A DNA stretch of 59,164 bases, the filler included, from Asterionella formosa (Eukaryota), in NCBI GenBank assembly GCA_002256025.1. It is 4 parts of 4 records of this genome, joined end to end, with 100 filler letters (N's around TTAATTAATTAA, not from the genome) between each part and the next. Parts side by side here need not be neighbours in the genome. Positions count along the whole stretch, not along the records: positions 1 to 14,726 come from NKIB01005805.1; 3 more parts are not named here. One strand, given 5' to 3'. Position 1 is the first letter of the stretch; the number at the start of each line of letters is the position of its first letter. This document shows, one piece after another, positions 1 through 11,261 of this stretch. A program made the translations under genes and the position numbers. The notes beneath the pieces are model-generated. The model had not been told where the DNA came from and ran no database searches. It worked only from the letters and a program-made list of their open reading frames with translations.

Positions 1-1
1 G

Positions 2-172
2 AAGTTGAATGGTGATAGGGTTGGTGGTAGGTCGTTTGTTGATGACAGGTAAATCAACAGTGGCGTAATTGCCAGAACTACCAGAATCAGCAATGAGTGT
101 GACGGGGGGACAAGTGATGGGAGATAACTTTGTGTTAATAGTATTATCGGCAGCAACTTGCTCCCCTCCACA
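2..172 (-). CDS. pol: Copia pol N-terminus (aspartic protease), in frame with gag after a single TGA; partial
   Basis: Manual translation after the gag TGA: CGGEQVAADNTINTKLSPITCPPVTLIADSGSSGNYATVDLPVINKRPTTNPITIQL. Contains the DSG protease motif, with no stop up to the window edge. Confidence 0.8.
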
Positions 173-1261
173 TCAAGCAAGTGGTGAAGGTGGCGGTGAA
201 ACACGGGGTGGCCGGGTAGGACGGGGACCATCACTGAACAGACGGACGCTGCCACCCAGACGTCGATCAAGGGTGGCATTGAGTTGATGGCCAGAAGCTG
301 GATGATTGCAAGTTGCACTGGTATGGTCAGGGTTTTTGGTAAGACCATGAGTCCAACAATAGCCTAATTGGACATTGTTGTAAGTGTATCCAGAAGGGAC
401 AGCACGAGCAGCGGCAGCAATAGCTGGCAATGGGGGAGGGCCACTGGTTTGAATGGCAGCATGGGCACCATGATAACCGGCAGTGGTGGCGGTGGCAAGG
501 CGCAATCGTTCCTTATCAGCATGCATGAAATGTGGGCAAAAATTAACCCATGTACGGTCCAGCTCAGCGCGATCACGCCAAGTTTGAATGCTATGCGAAT
601 ATACACCAGCCTGTTCTAAAGCAGAAAGAGTCAATCGCATGACAGTACTGTCAGAGAAAGGTTCTCCACCAGCATCAGCAATGGCACGAAGATGTTTGAT
701 GCGGATCCATAAATGCTCAATAGGTTCCTCTGGTGTCCAAGCATCGGCCAAGCGCATGCGATTGAGTTCCAAATCATCCGCACTCAATGTTGCATATGTA
801 GATTCTAAGTGAGCAAGTAAGGTCAGAACAGTGATGTCTGCATATCCAAATGTAGCATCTTCCAGAACGTTGTAGTAGGTGGGGTCAATGGCTGTTAGAA
901 TTTGTTGTCGGAGAATTTCACGGATTTGGGAGTAACGGCGGAATGCGTCAAGGGAGGTGTCAAAGAGACGGTTGGCAGCAGTGATTTGGGACTGTGTTGC
1001 AGTAGCACTGTGTGTCGGCTGGATGCCGGGATGTTCGGGCGGTACAAAGGGTTCACCGGCACGTAAGAGATAAGGAGCAGCAGCCATGACAATACCAAGG
1101 AAACCATTGGCACCACCACCACTGGTACAGTGGACAGAGCGAGCGTTGGCAAAGAGTTCCTTGCGAAGGCGGGTTACAGTGAAGGCTGTAGGTTTGCCCT
1201 CGATCGGCGTCAAGAGCGGATGAGGGAAGGGGAAAACAGCCGAAACGATTGGAGTCGTCAT
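173..1261 (-). CDS. gag: Copia gag polyprotein
   Basis: 362-aa intact ORF with GGGxNGxLG motif, WxPxEPIExLW motif and C-terminal YCWTHG..H...C zinc knuckle, typical of diatom Copia gag. Confidence 0.88.
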   Translation of the reverse strand: MTTPIVSAVFPFPHPLLTPIEGKPTAFTVTRLRKELFANARSVHCTSGGGANGFLGIVMAAAPYLLRAGEPFVPPEHPGIQPTHSATATQSQITAANRLFDTSLDAFRRYSQIREILRQQILTAIDPTYYNVLEDATFGYADITVLTLLAHLESTYATLSADDLELNRMRLADAWTPEEPIEHLWIRIKHLRAIADAGGEPFSDSTVMRLTLSALEQAGVYSHSIQTWRDRAELDRTWVNFCPHFMHADKERLRLATATTAGYHGAHAAIQTSGPPPLPAIAAAARAVPSGYTYNNVQLGYCWTHGLTKNPDHTSATCNHPASGHQLNATLDRRLGGSVRLFSDGPRPTRPPRVSPPPSPLA

Positions 1262-1428
1262 GGTGGAAGAAGGCCTGAGAGACAGGGACAGCGAACGGGC
1301 AAGCGGTGCTGGACGGTTGATTGTTGAGACCAGTGCTGGTTTGCACTGTCGACAAGACCCGCAACTTCGCAGGTGCGGATAAGAGAGAAAGAACAGATAT
1401 TGTAGTTCTGTTGAGGGGAACCTTATCG

Positions 1429-1575
1429 TGAATAAAGGTGAACTACAATATTATGACTATTCTATTGCTGTTCCAAGTACATCGTTGTCAGCACTCACGC
1501 ATGTACCTAATCTGGTGGCTGCGCCGGTATGGTTCGTACGGCGCATGTATGGAGCATCATATGCAGATATTAACA
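1429..1575 (-). repeat. Probable 5' LTR (147 bp) of the Copia element
   Basis: Minus strand begins TGTTAATATC and ends TTTATTCA. Satellite sequence (ATCTTCCCTTCTGG...) resumes directly at 1576. The second LTR is outside the window. Confidence 0.6.
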
Positions 1576-2556
1576 ATCTTCCCTTCTGGTTTAACGTTGT
1601 CGATTTCGTAAGAGGTCGCGAGGTATTATATGTACGTTGAGTACTCAACCCTACAGAATTTCTATTTAATACCGGGTAAATAATGTCAAACATGTGTGCA
1701 CATCTTTTTTTTTTTATGTTGTCAATTTCCTAAGAGGTCGCTAGCTTGACTTGTATGTATGTTGAGAACTCCTCTACCAGGGTACCTGGTACCGGTACCC
1801 ATTTGAATTTCTATTTGTCATGTTAACTGGTATTCCTACTCCGTACATAGGTGCACATATTCCTTTTTGGTTTAACATTATCGATTTGCTAAGAGGTCGC
1901 GAGGTACTGTTGAACGTTGAGGACTAAAGCCTATTATTTACTGATTTTAACCATGTTTTATATGCCGGTATGAAGGTGCAGATCTTCCTCGTTGAACCTT
2001 GTTACCGGCAATGTTGTCGATTTCCTAAGAGGTCGCTAGTTGACTTGTATGAACGTTGAGCACTCTACCCTTCAGAATGTTCCTGCTCCGTAAATAGGTG
2101 CACATCTTCCCTTCTGGTTTTACGTTGTCGATTTCCTAAGAGGTCGCGAGGTACTGTATGTACGTTGAGGACTCTACCCTACAGAATTTCTATGAAACAA
2201 TGTTAACAATGTTTTACATACCGGTATGAAGGTGCACATCTTCCTCTTTGAACCTTGTTGATGTTGTCGATTTCCTAAGAGGTCGCTAGTTTGACTTGTA
2301 AATATCAACGTTGAGCACTCTACCCTTCAGAATTTCTATTTGGTCACGTTAACTCGATTTCCTAAGAGGTCGCGAGCTTGACTTGTATGTATGTTGAGAA
2401 CTCCTCTACCGGTAACAGGGTACCGGTACCAATTAGAATTTCTATTTGCCATGTTAACTGGTATTCCTACTCCGTACAAAGGTGCACATCTTCCTGTTTG
2501 GTTTAACGGTACCCTACTGTATGCACATTGAGGAGTATAGGCTACAGAATTTCTAT
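1576..2556. repeat. Degenerate tandem repeat (satellite-like), 87-159-bp units with alternating subtypes; resumes at 4321-4392
   Basis: Core TCGATTTCCTAAGAGGTCGC (with variants) at ~1600, 1722, 1881, 2017, 2128, 2267, 2354. Shared sub-motifs GGTGCACATCTT and CAGAATTTCTAT lie between cores. Confidence 0.9.
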
Positions 2557-4320
2557 CGGATTCTTTCCGGCTAGACTGATTTCAGTCTAATAGACTGGAT
2601 TCAGTCTGGGTTTTCAATCCCTTGCCCCTACCAGTAGCTCAATTCAGCAGATATTTCATTTCTGAAAAGTTAATCTAAATGTACAGAACTGTATGTTTCT
2701 GGAGGTATGAATGGCAACAAGCTTATGTAGGTTTTTTAAAAATTCAGATACATGAGAAGTCTGCCTGCCAAAAACTCTCAAAAATATCTGTGTGGGATGG
2801 CGCGAAAACAAAATTTGACAATGGACAAAGGTGCCGTCATTTCATGCCTTTCCAAATACATTCACCCATATCTGTGGGTCCAAAATCATCATGTGAACAT
2901 CGCAAAAGACCATCGACTTGAAAGAATGACATTTAGGCAGAGGGAGCTCAAGAAAATCAGAGGTAAGGATGCAATGGCTGTTGTGGTCACTGCTCCCGGG
3001 ACTTTAGATGATGTTGATATGACTGAGCTGTATGCCCTTGAAAATCGCTTCTAGATCATTTCCAATGGTGATCCAGACACCTTTTACTATGATGAAGGGG
3101 ATTATTTACTTGAGGAGCGAGGCAGCAGAAGGTGAAGCGATGCCTTCAAAGCTTCTCAAACTGCTTGTGAAGTGTACTGGTGCAGTTCTAGTCCCTGAAG
3201 ATGGTGCCATCCCAGCTGGATTTGTTGATATTGGTGTTGACAATGCCCCAGCATCTGATAAAGGTTTTTTCATAATGAAATTGCAAAACATTTGTTTGAC
3301 AATGAGTGGGATAAGTCAGGAATTCGCGACAGGAGCCAGTTGAATGGATCAAAGAGCAATCCAATATTTTCATCATTTCCAATTCATTTGAAGTTCACTA
3401 CCTTCCAGTTCTTTGATCAATCTTCTTTCCTTCAGAGCTCTGGAATGATTCGATTTTTTTATCATTGATCAAAAGGTTGAGGGCAAACCTGTAACCACTC
3501 AGATGGATTGAAAAAATGGTGGAATGAGAATGGTGAAGGGGAAAGTGTGCGTATATCATGAATAACAGAAAAGGATGACATTTACATTGGTTTTCTACAA
3601 CCACCAAAAAATTGGGATGCTGTTGATGATCAAGATGCAACAAGGCCTTCCCCAACAAGTTTGGAGTGGGAATGGGCGACAAAATTGTGGCCAAATAGAG
3701 TATTTGCATTCCTCGTTTTGGTCACAGAAGTAAATGCCAAGCTGGCATATTAACAACACTTCTGCAAAGAGGAGGTCAAAAGCATGCTCGGTTTTCGCAA
3801 GCTTTTTGCAGAGCCATTGGTATGTTATCATCATTATAACAAAGAAGACAAAGAATCGCCTAGAAGCTCGTCAAGATTGACTAAAAATGCTGAGCACATA
3901 GTTCTCCAGATACCCGGAGGCAAGAAATTTTTCGGGACAGAGGTTGTGGTTCTGACAGTTCCCACCTCCAAAGTACATGTGTAGACTGGAAAATGATCAC
4001 TAGGACAGGTTGTGTATGGTCCATGGGTATGCTTCGATGTGTTGATTGTTGTTTACATCATTCCATTGAAGCAGCATTGAGTCCTTCCAGTCCAGACTGA
4101 TCTGTGTCTGCAGAGTTTTTCTGGTTGTGACTGACACACGACTAAACTTTAGTGGTTCAAATTCCAATTCTTTGTCTTTAACACCATGTATAGCCCTTTT
4201 CATCAGGATAAAAAGCACTATCCAACAATGTATCTAAAGTTAGCGTAAAGTAACATCAAGGTTTTCAAATTGAGCCTCAAAGAGAGACTGAAATCAGCCT
4301 AATGAGCCAGAAAGAACCCG
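2557..4320 (+). mobile_element. Internally deleted piggyBac-like DNA transposon with TIRs and a 4-bp CTAT TSD
   Basis: TIRs CGGATTCTTTCCGGCT..GACTGATTTCAGTCT and reverse-complemented CGGGTTCTTTCTGGCT..GGCTGATTTCAGTCT. CTAT at 2553-2556 and 4321-4324. Frameshifted remnants include AVDDQDATRPSPTSLEWEWATKLWPNRVFAFLVLVTEVNAKLA and a C-terminal Cys cluster. Confidence 0.8.
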
Positions 4321-4770
4321 CTATTAAATAATGTTAACCATTTTTTTACATACCGGTATGTAGGTGCACATCTTCCTTTTTGAACCTTGTTAGCAGAGCA
4401 TCGCCACTGCATCGACCAATACCCAAAGCCAATTGCAGTTGAAAATATCAATACACGTCACTTCTTTGAGAAATTTTTTATCAATAGTACCAAATCCTAT
4501 ATTAGTCAATCTCGTGCCTACATTTTTAGCCAATAGAAATAAAAGGTAGACTGTAGTTTCATGTGTGTATCGCTTTTTAATTCATGAAGTAGCCGTATAC
4601 ATACCTTATTCTTAAACAGCTGGCAATACGCTTATCTGGTACTGACTAGTAAAGGAAAGTAGAAACATGATACACGATATATACAGTTGCAGTGCAAATC
4701 ACAACGATTCCAATCATTTCCGGACACAGAGAAAAACGTTTACCAAATGATAATTCTATGTATTAATCAT

Positions 4771-4890
4771 TTTTATAGCGCATTATTACTGATCTATTTC
4801 TAGGTTCGTCTTCATTGCGCTCCATGGCCCATGAAAGGTGGGGCGGTGGAGATGCATGGGTAGTCACTCCCTCGTGTGCTGGAAGTCTGC
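4771..4890 (-). mobile_element. 5'-truncated non-LTR retrotransposon 3' tail inserted in the Harbinger element
   Basis: Homologous to 6605-6730, sharing minus-strand GGGAGTGACTACC...GGGCCATGGAGCGCAATGAA...TGCGCTATAAAAA. Confidence 0.7.
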
Positions 4891-5238
4891 AAAATAAAAA
4901 AATTGATCTTACCAAATGTTGATTCTACTGGTGTGTGCTGCATAATTAATTTCATACCCTGTTGGTTTCACTGTTGGCTGGTACCAGGTAGCTGTTGGCT
5001 GTCCGGTATAAATCCATAGGTTGTTCAACATACATATGTATTGGTCATACATATTTCCACCATACTGTACCTGTTCACTATCATTGAATGATTTTGCTTA
5101 ACTGGGGTACATATTATATTTCTCTGCTACTACTGACCATCAAAAAAACTACAACTATGTACTAGAATATTGTTCGTAGAAAATTGTGGTGGCTTCTTTA
5201 TTACCAATAAATATGACTTTTATTTATACACAGCGAAA

Positions 5239-6537
5239 ATGAGCAATGATAGCAACTAGTCAGATGACGATCGCTTCTTCCACTTCCGCAATATGCGGAA
5301 GCAAAGCAAGAAGGCCAAGCAAGAAAGAAACAATGGAGGATGATCAAAGGTGGGAAAGGCATGATCCAATCTCAATCATTTTCGGACAGACTATGACAAG
5401 CTTTTGAAAAAGGATTATTTCGGCGAAAATCCGATTTACTCGTCAGCAAAGTTCAGAAGGCGCTTCTGGATGAGACGGTCATTGTTTGAGAAGATTCTTG
5501 ATGATTTGATTGCTTCGGATTCTTACTCTTCTCAGAAGAAGGATACTTTGGGTTTACTGGGATTTTCGCCACAGCAAAAACTTATCTCGGCGCTTCGCAT
5601 GTTAGGCTATGGAATGTCGGCTGATAAGTTGGACAATTTAACAAGGATGTCAGAGTCAACAACACTCAACAATCTGCAACACTTCTGTAACACAATAATA
5701 ACAGGTATGGGAAAGATTATCTTAGAGCTCCGACCAAAGAGGACCTTGAGATGATTCTATGTTTGCATGAAGGAAAGGGTTGGCTGTGGCTTTTTGGTTC
5801 ATTGGACATCATGCATTGTTGGGAGTGGAAAAACTGTCCCAAAGCACACAGAGGAGCATATCAAGAAGGAAAAGAAGGAGTGGCGGCTATTGCTTTGTAA
5901 GCTGCGGTTGATTGTAGACTTTGGTTCTGGCATGCATGGTTTGGAATGCCCAGGGCAAACAATGATCTTAATATTTTGGATCGTTCACCGTTTTTCCATA
6001 GTTTGTCAGCTGGAAGGATTCCAAGAGTACAGTTTGCCATCAACAACCAACAACACAATCTGGGGTATTATTTGGTTGATGGAATCTACCCAAATTGTTG
6101 GCATATATTTGTCAAAACTATTTCAGAGCCACAAGGTCCAAAGTGGAGTTATTTCTTGATGCGTCAGGAGGCACAGTGCAAGGACGTCGAGCAAGCATTT
6201 GGAGTTCTACTACAGGCCAGGTGGAGGATCCTTGCACTTCCATGTAAACTTTGGTCAGTGGGTGCTATGAATAGTGTAATTATTGCATGCATCATTTTGC
6301 ACAACATGATGATAAAAGACAAGTGGGAAACTGAAAATACAAATGAATATCTTTGACAATATTCAGGATGGATTTTTGGTTGATAACGTGAATCATGACA
6401 ATGTAAATACATTTCTTGATTTCAAGAATATTAGAATGAACTACATGAGTGAAGGTGAGCTCTTTCAATTGCGTAACAATTTGATTGAGCACTTGTGGAT
6501 TCAAAACGAGAAAAAATCTAACTTGATTCTAGAGTAA
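5239..6537 (+). pseudogene. Harbinger/PIF DDE transposase pseudogene (frameshifted)
   Basis: Motifs across shifted frames: KFRRRFWMRRSLF, QKLISALRMLGYG, WKNCPKA, ANNDLNILDRS, YYLVDGIYP, KDVEQAFGVL.ARW, ACIILHNM, LRNNLIEHLW. Confidence 0.9.
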
Positions 6538-6604
6538 TATTTTTAAGTCTGTAAAATACAAGTTCTAGATTGGCGATAATGATATGAATAAAAAGTAAAA
6601 ATAA

Positions 6605-8190
6605 TTTTTATAGCGCACTAGTACTACTAGCCTTGTTACAGGATCGTATTCATTGCGCTCCATGGCCCTGAAAAGTTTGGGTGGTGGAGGTTGGGTGTTG
6701 GTAGTCACTCCCTTGGCTGTGTAGGAGTTTGGTACAAACAATTTGGGTCAACCATGATCAGTTTCTGGTGTGGAGATACCGCCGTTTGCAAAAATGGGTC
6801 TGTAACCTTGTTGGTGTTGTCTGTTGTTGGTCATTAAACCCAGTCTAAGATGCCTGAGGAGCCTGTCTTTTCCCAAGCTGGAAAAGTGAAGATGTTCCAG
6901 AATTCTTATGTGATATGCCGGAAGGGCCTTGATTGTAGCTTGGTAGGTCCCTGATGTTATATTGAGATGTTTCTCCATGTCTTTCTTCTGCCTATATTGA
7001 ATGCGTCCCGTCAAGAGAAGATTGCAAGGATTGCTCTCTATTGGTGCTGGTCGCATCTTTGTTGTATGTCCCGCTGTACTTGTGTCGAATTTCAATCTTG
7101 TAAGTTGACAAGAGATATTTCTCTGCGTGGACCAGATGCCCTCTACTCTGGAGTATATCCAAAGTCTTTTTGTTTGTATATGAATCCTGGTATCCCACTC
7201 CATAGAGGAGTCCTTTTTCCAGCGCCCCAGACTTTGTTTCAGTTGCAGCAGTTTTTTAAATCCTTGCGTAAGAAAATGTTTGCTAGTAAGAGCCTCCTGC
7301 CAATCTTGTTTTTGCATTGCTGTTGGTTCCGGTTGTCGTGGCTATTCCCATCTTGAGTGACAATGAGCAATCCTTCTGCGATCCATATTTTCATGCCTGA
7401 TACCAGTGCCATCTGCTGTCAAGATATCCGAAATTGTTGCAACCTGGAGATACATCCTGCACGCATTGATGTGGTATTGCTTGTATTTGCTTACTCCTTT
7501 GCTAATAAGGCGGCCCTTCATTATCATTTCGTCATGCTGACAAGATGGTGTTACTGTCCACTGGTTGCTGGTTTCTATTTGTAGTTTGTGTTTGCCCATG
7601 AAAGTTCTCTTATTCGTGATCCATGATTTGGTAATGTATGGAATTTGAATTTCTGGATGAAGTAATAAATGTTCTTCAAACCCAGATTGCAACTGGGAAA
7701 TCCTCAGGGAAATGTCCATCAATTTTTGGCCACCTCATCGTCCGCGTATTTATGGTACAAAAATCCCTTCCACCGCTCTAATGCCTTTCTCAATTGTTGA
7801 ATCCACCATACTGAGTGCCCCCCTTTCGTTTAGTCCATACACTGATGCTTTTGGGAAGTTTTGATTGAATCCTATTTTTGCGAGACTCTTGCGTGGCAGG
7901 CCTTTTTCTAAATATTGATGAATATGTCATTTGAGGTGCCCAGATAGTTTTATGAGCTTGAATCGGGTCATACCTCCTGTTAAGACTGTGGGACATTGTG
8001 AGGACTGCATGCTTGTTACTTTTTGTTTTCATTCTTTCTTCCTCATCCTGCCACTGCCCAGAGGGACTTGTCAAAACTCCTAGTGCTTTATTACTGCAAG
8101 TTGGTGCTCTGTGTTTGATTTTTGTTGTGGTGTTGTCTCTTCCTGACCTTAATTCAAGTGCTTTATAGATTCCCAGATTGGTCTTGTATA
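6605..8190 (-). mobile_element. Non-LTR retrotransposon (LINE) 3' remnant: post-RT region, C-terminus and 3' UTR
   Basis: Fragments KALGVLTSPSGQW, IWAPQMTYS, HINACRMYLQVATISDILTADG, typical of stramenopile LINE ORF2 downstream of RT. Homologous to 22791-23288. Cut on the right by the pogo left end. Confidence 0.8.
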
Positions 8191-9880
8191 CCGTAAAACC
8201 TGGTGTCTCGTACCCCTCAATGTACACAGCCACGACTGATTTTACTTAGAGGGGGTACAAGACATTGGAACTTTTTTGATTGTCAAATTTTATGAAAAAC
8301 CAACTTCACCACCGTTTTCTCCATAGTCTAAAACATAAATAGCAACATTAAAAGATATATTGTTTTAGGTTCAATCGGCTTATAGGATCAATTGAATTTC
8401 TATTTTTGGAGCACTGGTGCGCCCAAATTTCGTCATGACCAACAGAAATTTCTAGAGTGTATACAATTTGTACCTGATTCTACGATGTAATAAATTGTGT
8501 AGGTTCTACAAACCTAATCGTGATAGAAATTGAGGTTAGCCAACCAAATCATTTTCTATGGAATCATCAGCATGACAACGAAAAAATATCTTTGCGTCAG
8601 GCAAAAGAAAAATATTGTTGCGGAAGCATACAGCAAGCCCAACAATATCAAGGCAACCGCCAGAGCATATTTGGTTCAGCCAAAGCAGATCCGGAGCTGG
8701 AAGTCCATGCTGGATGGTACAATGGTTGTGGTTCTGGCGGAGGTGGCGGAGATTCCTCTGTAGGAAGAACAAGGTTTGATTCAGAGGCAGGTGTTGATGA
8801 AAAAAATCGCTCACCCGGGCCGCTCTCCAAAAAGTGCTGCTGATTTTGAAGGATTGAAGGCTCTTTTCGACCAGTTGCGGCTTCAAGATAGGGCCTGCAC
8901 CACCAGGATGCTCAGTGTTGAGCTTAAGAGGCCTTGGAACGAAAAATTTTCGCTGAAGGCACTTGAAAAACGGATCAAGCGCTGGCTTGCCCGTAAGGAC
9001 ATTGTCATTAGGCATGTGACTTGTGTCGCCCAAAATACAAGGCTGGACCAGGAGACAATTCAAGATTTTTTTCCTACGTCAACAATCAAATTGCTGCGTT
9101 CGAATTTCCTGCTGGATCATTGTCAATATTGATGAGACAATCATCAATTTTGACATGTTTGGATCAAAGACTTTGGCAACCCGAGGCGAAAGGACCATTG
9201 GGCTTCGAACAACAGGAAATTCGAGCCGTTGCACTGTGTTGTTAGTGGTGACAATGAGTGTGAGAAGTTGCCACAATTCATTGTATTTACAGGAACAAGG
9301 GATGGACGTATTGCCAGGCAATTGGGATTACTAGACAACAATCAACAATTTTTTCCGGTTGGTATTAAATACGCTTGTCAACCCAAAAGCTTGGGTTGAT
9401 ACAGACATACTTTTACAATGGATCGAAAAAGTTTGGCAACCATTTGTGTTGGGGAAAAGGCGGTGAGCCTACTCACCTTCTTATGGATGATTTTACTGTC
9501 CACAGGTAGGACGTTGTGTTGATGCAATTAAAAATTGCGGCACTGGGTGCTGAGGTTGATTTCATCCTCCCAGGCTACACATCTAGACTTCAAGTGTTGG
9601 ATGTAGGAGTTAATAAGCCCTTCAAGGACTACATGAGAGGATATTGGGAAGACTACATGGTTGCCAATGTGGATAATGCCAAGGTGCAAAGGCACCACAT
9701 TGCACAATGGGTAGAGATGGCATGGGCTAGAGTCTCAATTCAAACAATCACCAATACCTGGAAGAGCATCATTGGATTTGAGGGCATTGCTGCTGATAAC
9801 TAGTCAATTAGGATTGGATTATTTGATAATCTATTTTAACATTTAGTTTTAGTGAAACAATCATTATCGTCAATTAGATT
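8191..9880 (+). mobile_element. pogo-like (Tc1/mariner) DNA transposon remnant; transposase pseudogene ~8572-9803
   Basis: TA followed by CCGTAAAACC at 8189-8200. HTH (NNIKATARAYLVQPKQIRSW), CENP-B-like HTH, and DDE_1 motifs IVNIDET, LLMDDFTVH, PGYTSRLQVLDVGVNKPFK. Several frameshifts; right TIR not found. Confidence 0.88.
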
Positions 9881-9919
9881 CAGGACGGCAAACCCTAATA
9901 GGCAAATAAATTAAGCTGA

Positions 9920-11216
9920 TGACTACAAAAAACCCAAAACGAAGTGATTCTAATGCTGAAAATGCTAATCTCTAATAGCTTTTCGCAAGGCTGCTGTCAA
10001 GAAGATTTGGCCAAATGCCGAATTTACATTGCTTTGGTATGTGCTCTTATCATGCCTGGAATGCATGGGTAAAGAAGCATATTGGAAAGTTCAAGAAATA
10101 CGACAAAAACAAGAAGAGAATGGGTGAAGACTTCGAGGCATATAAAAGAAGTCCCTGGATACAGCTAGTTCCAATCCTCCGCGATTTGATGATTTTCAAG
10201 TGGATCAACACACATACAAGGAAAAGAAAGTTGCAACTGCATGGTTGAAACAATGGGGTCCCACCATTCACACCAGAATTGAACTGAACAGTTCCAATCT
10301 ACTTTGTAGTGGTTTGCCTGCACACAAGAACAACAATTCAGAGGGCATCAACAATGGTGATAAATCATTCTTTGACCACAGGAAGCCTTTAATGGCTAAC
10401 TTCATTCATAACATGTCTTACATATTAGAGGATCGTTCCAAAGGGGATCTATCATTTTGCTCCACTTTACACTCATCGGTACACTCGATCAATTTCTACA
10501 AGTCTATTTATAAGCTTCTTGAGAAAAGCCAAAATGGAGAAGCTACATTTCTCACAGTGACATTTGATTTCAAGTGTGATGCAATTAGAATCGGAGAGGG
10601 TTCATTGTTGATTGCGACATCGTCATTTGTGGACCTACTAAATATTATGTCCTCTATGCAAACAATGCAGTCCCAGAATACTGCAACTGCATTGTCACAG
10701 CACACTCAACTATCCCAATCTCGAAAGAGATATCTTTATATTGGTAATACAGAATCAGTTACTGCACTAACTGTTATGCAATTGATAAAGAAGAACAAAA
10801 TGCATGATGAGTACAAGCGCCGTCTCCAAAATCCAGAACAGTATTCTGCTAACCACACATTTGATGATGTCCTTTCCCTCACTCGCAGGTTTCACCTTAT
10901 TGAACCTATTGTGTCCAAGAGTGAAAACAATGATGTTGCTCTAACTAACTTTTTAGGAATTTTGGGAGCGTGTGGATTGGGACCCATTACGAGTAATAGC
11001 TTGAAAGCAATGGGAAATGCAGGCCTGCTCATATCTTGCCATTGTCACACGTATTTAGCAAACGCGTGGTGTAAACATGCATATGATTTTGCATTTGACC
11101 GTGGAATTATTTCAACCTTTCCAAAGACAATGCATCCAAAGCCTAGTATTAAGAATAAAGGTTCTGGACGAATCAAAAATGCGAAACGTGGAGGGAACTT
11201 AGATATTAAAGGATGA
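9920..11216 (+). pseudogene. MULE transposase C-terminal half (second acidic region, CxxH, catalytic Glu, SWIM zinc finger)
   Basis: AFRKAAVKKIWPNA..MCSYHAW (CxxH), GLPAHKNNNSEGINN (NNxxExxN) and CHCHTYLANAWCKHAY (SWIM). Frameshifted near 10015 and 10200. Confidence 0.8.
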
Positions 11217-11261
11217 CTATAGTTAGAAAAGAACTAGTAGTGATTATAATAGTTGTCATTA

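Larger units (their letters stand above)
1..1575 (-). mobile_element. Ty1/Copia LTR retrotransposon (diatom CoDi-like): 5' LTR, gag and start of pol; continues past the window start
   Basis: Intact gag ORF with a zinc knuckle, then in-frame protease motif LIADSGSSGNY. Upstream TG...CA-bounded segment abuts a satellite unit. Confidence 0.9.
4396..6600 (+). mobile_element. PIF/Harbinger DNA transposon remnant
   Basis: Left end GAGCATCGCCA resembles PIF/Tourist-type TIRs and interrupts the satellite. Contains a decayed Harbinger transposase. Right TIR not found. Confidence 0.65.

Noticed and set aside
1600..2375. CRISPR-like recurrence of a ~20-25-bp core
   Set aside because: The intervening sequences are homologous to each other and variable in length, there are no cas genes, and the context is eukaryotic; it is a satellite.
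4771..6730. Direct repeats flanking the Harbinger transposase as possible LTRs
   Set aside because: No TG..CA ends; the second repeat is the 3' tail of the adjacent LINE, so both are independent LINE tails.
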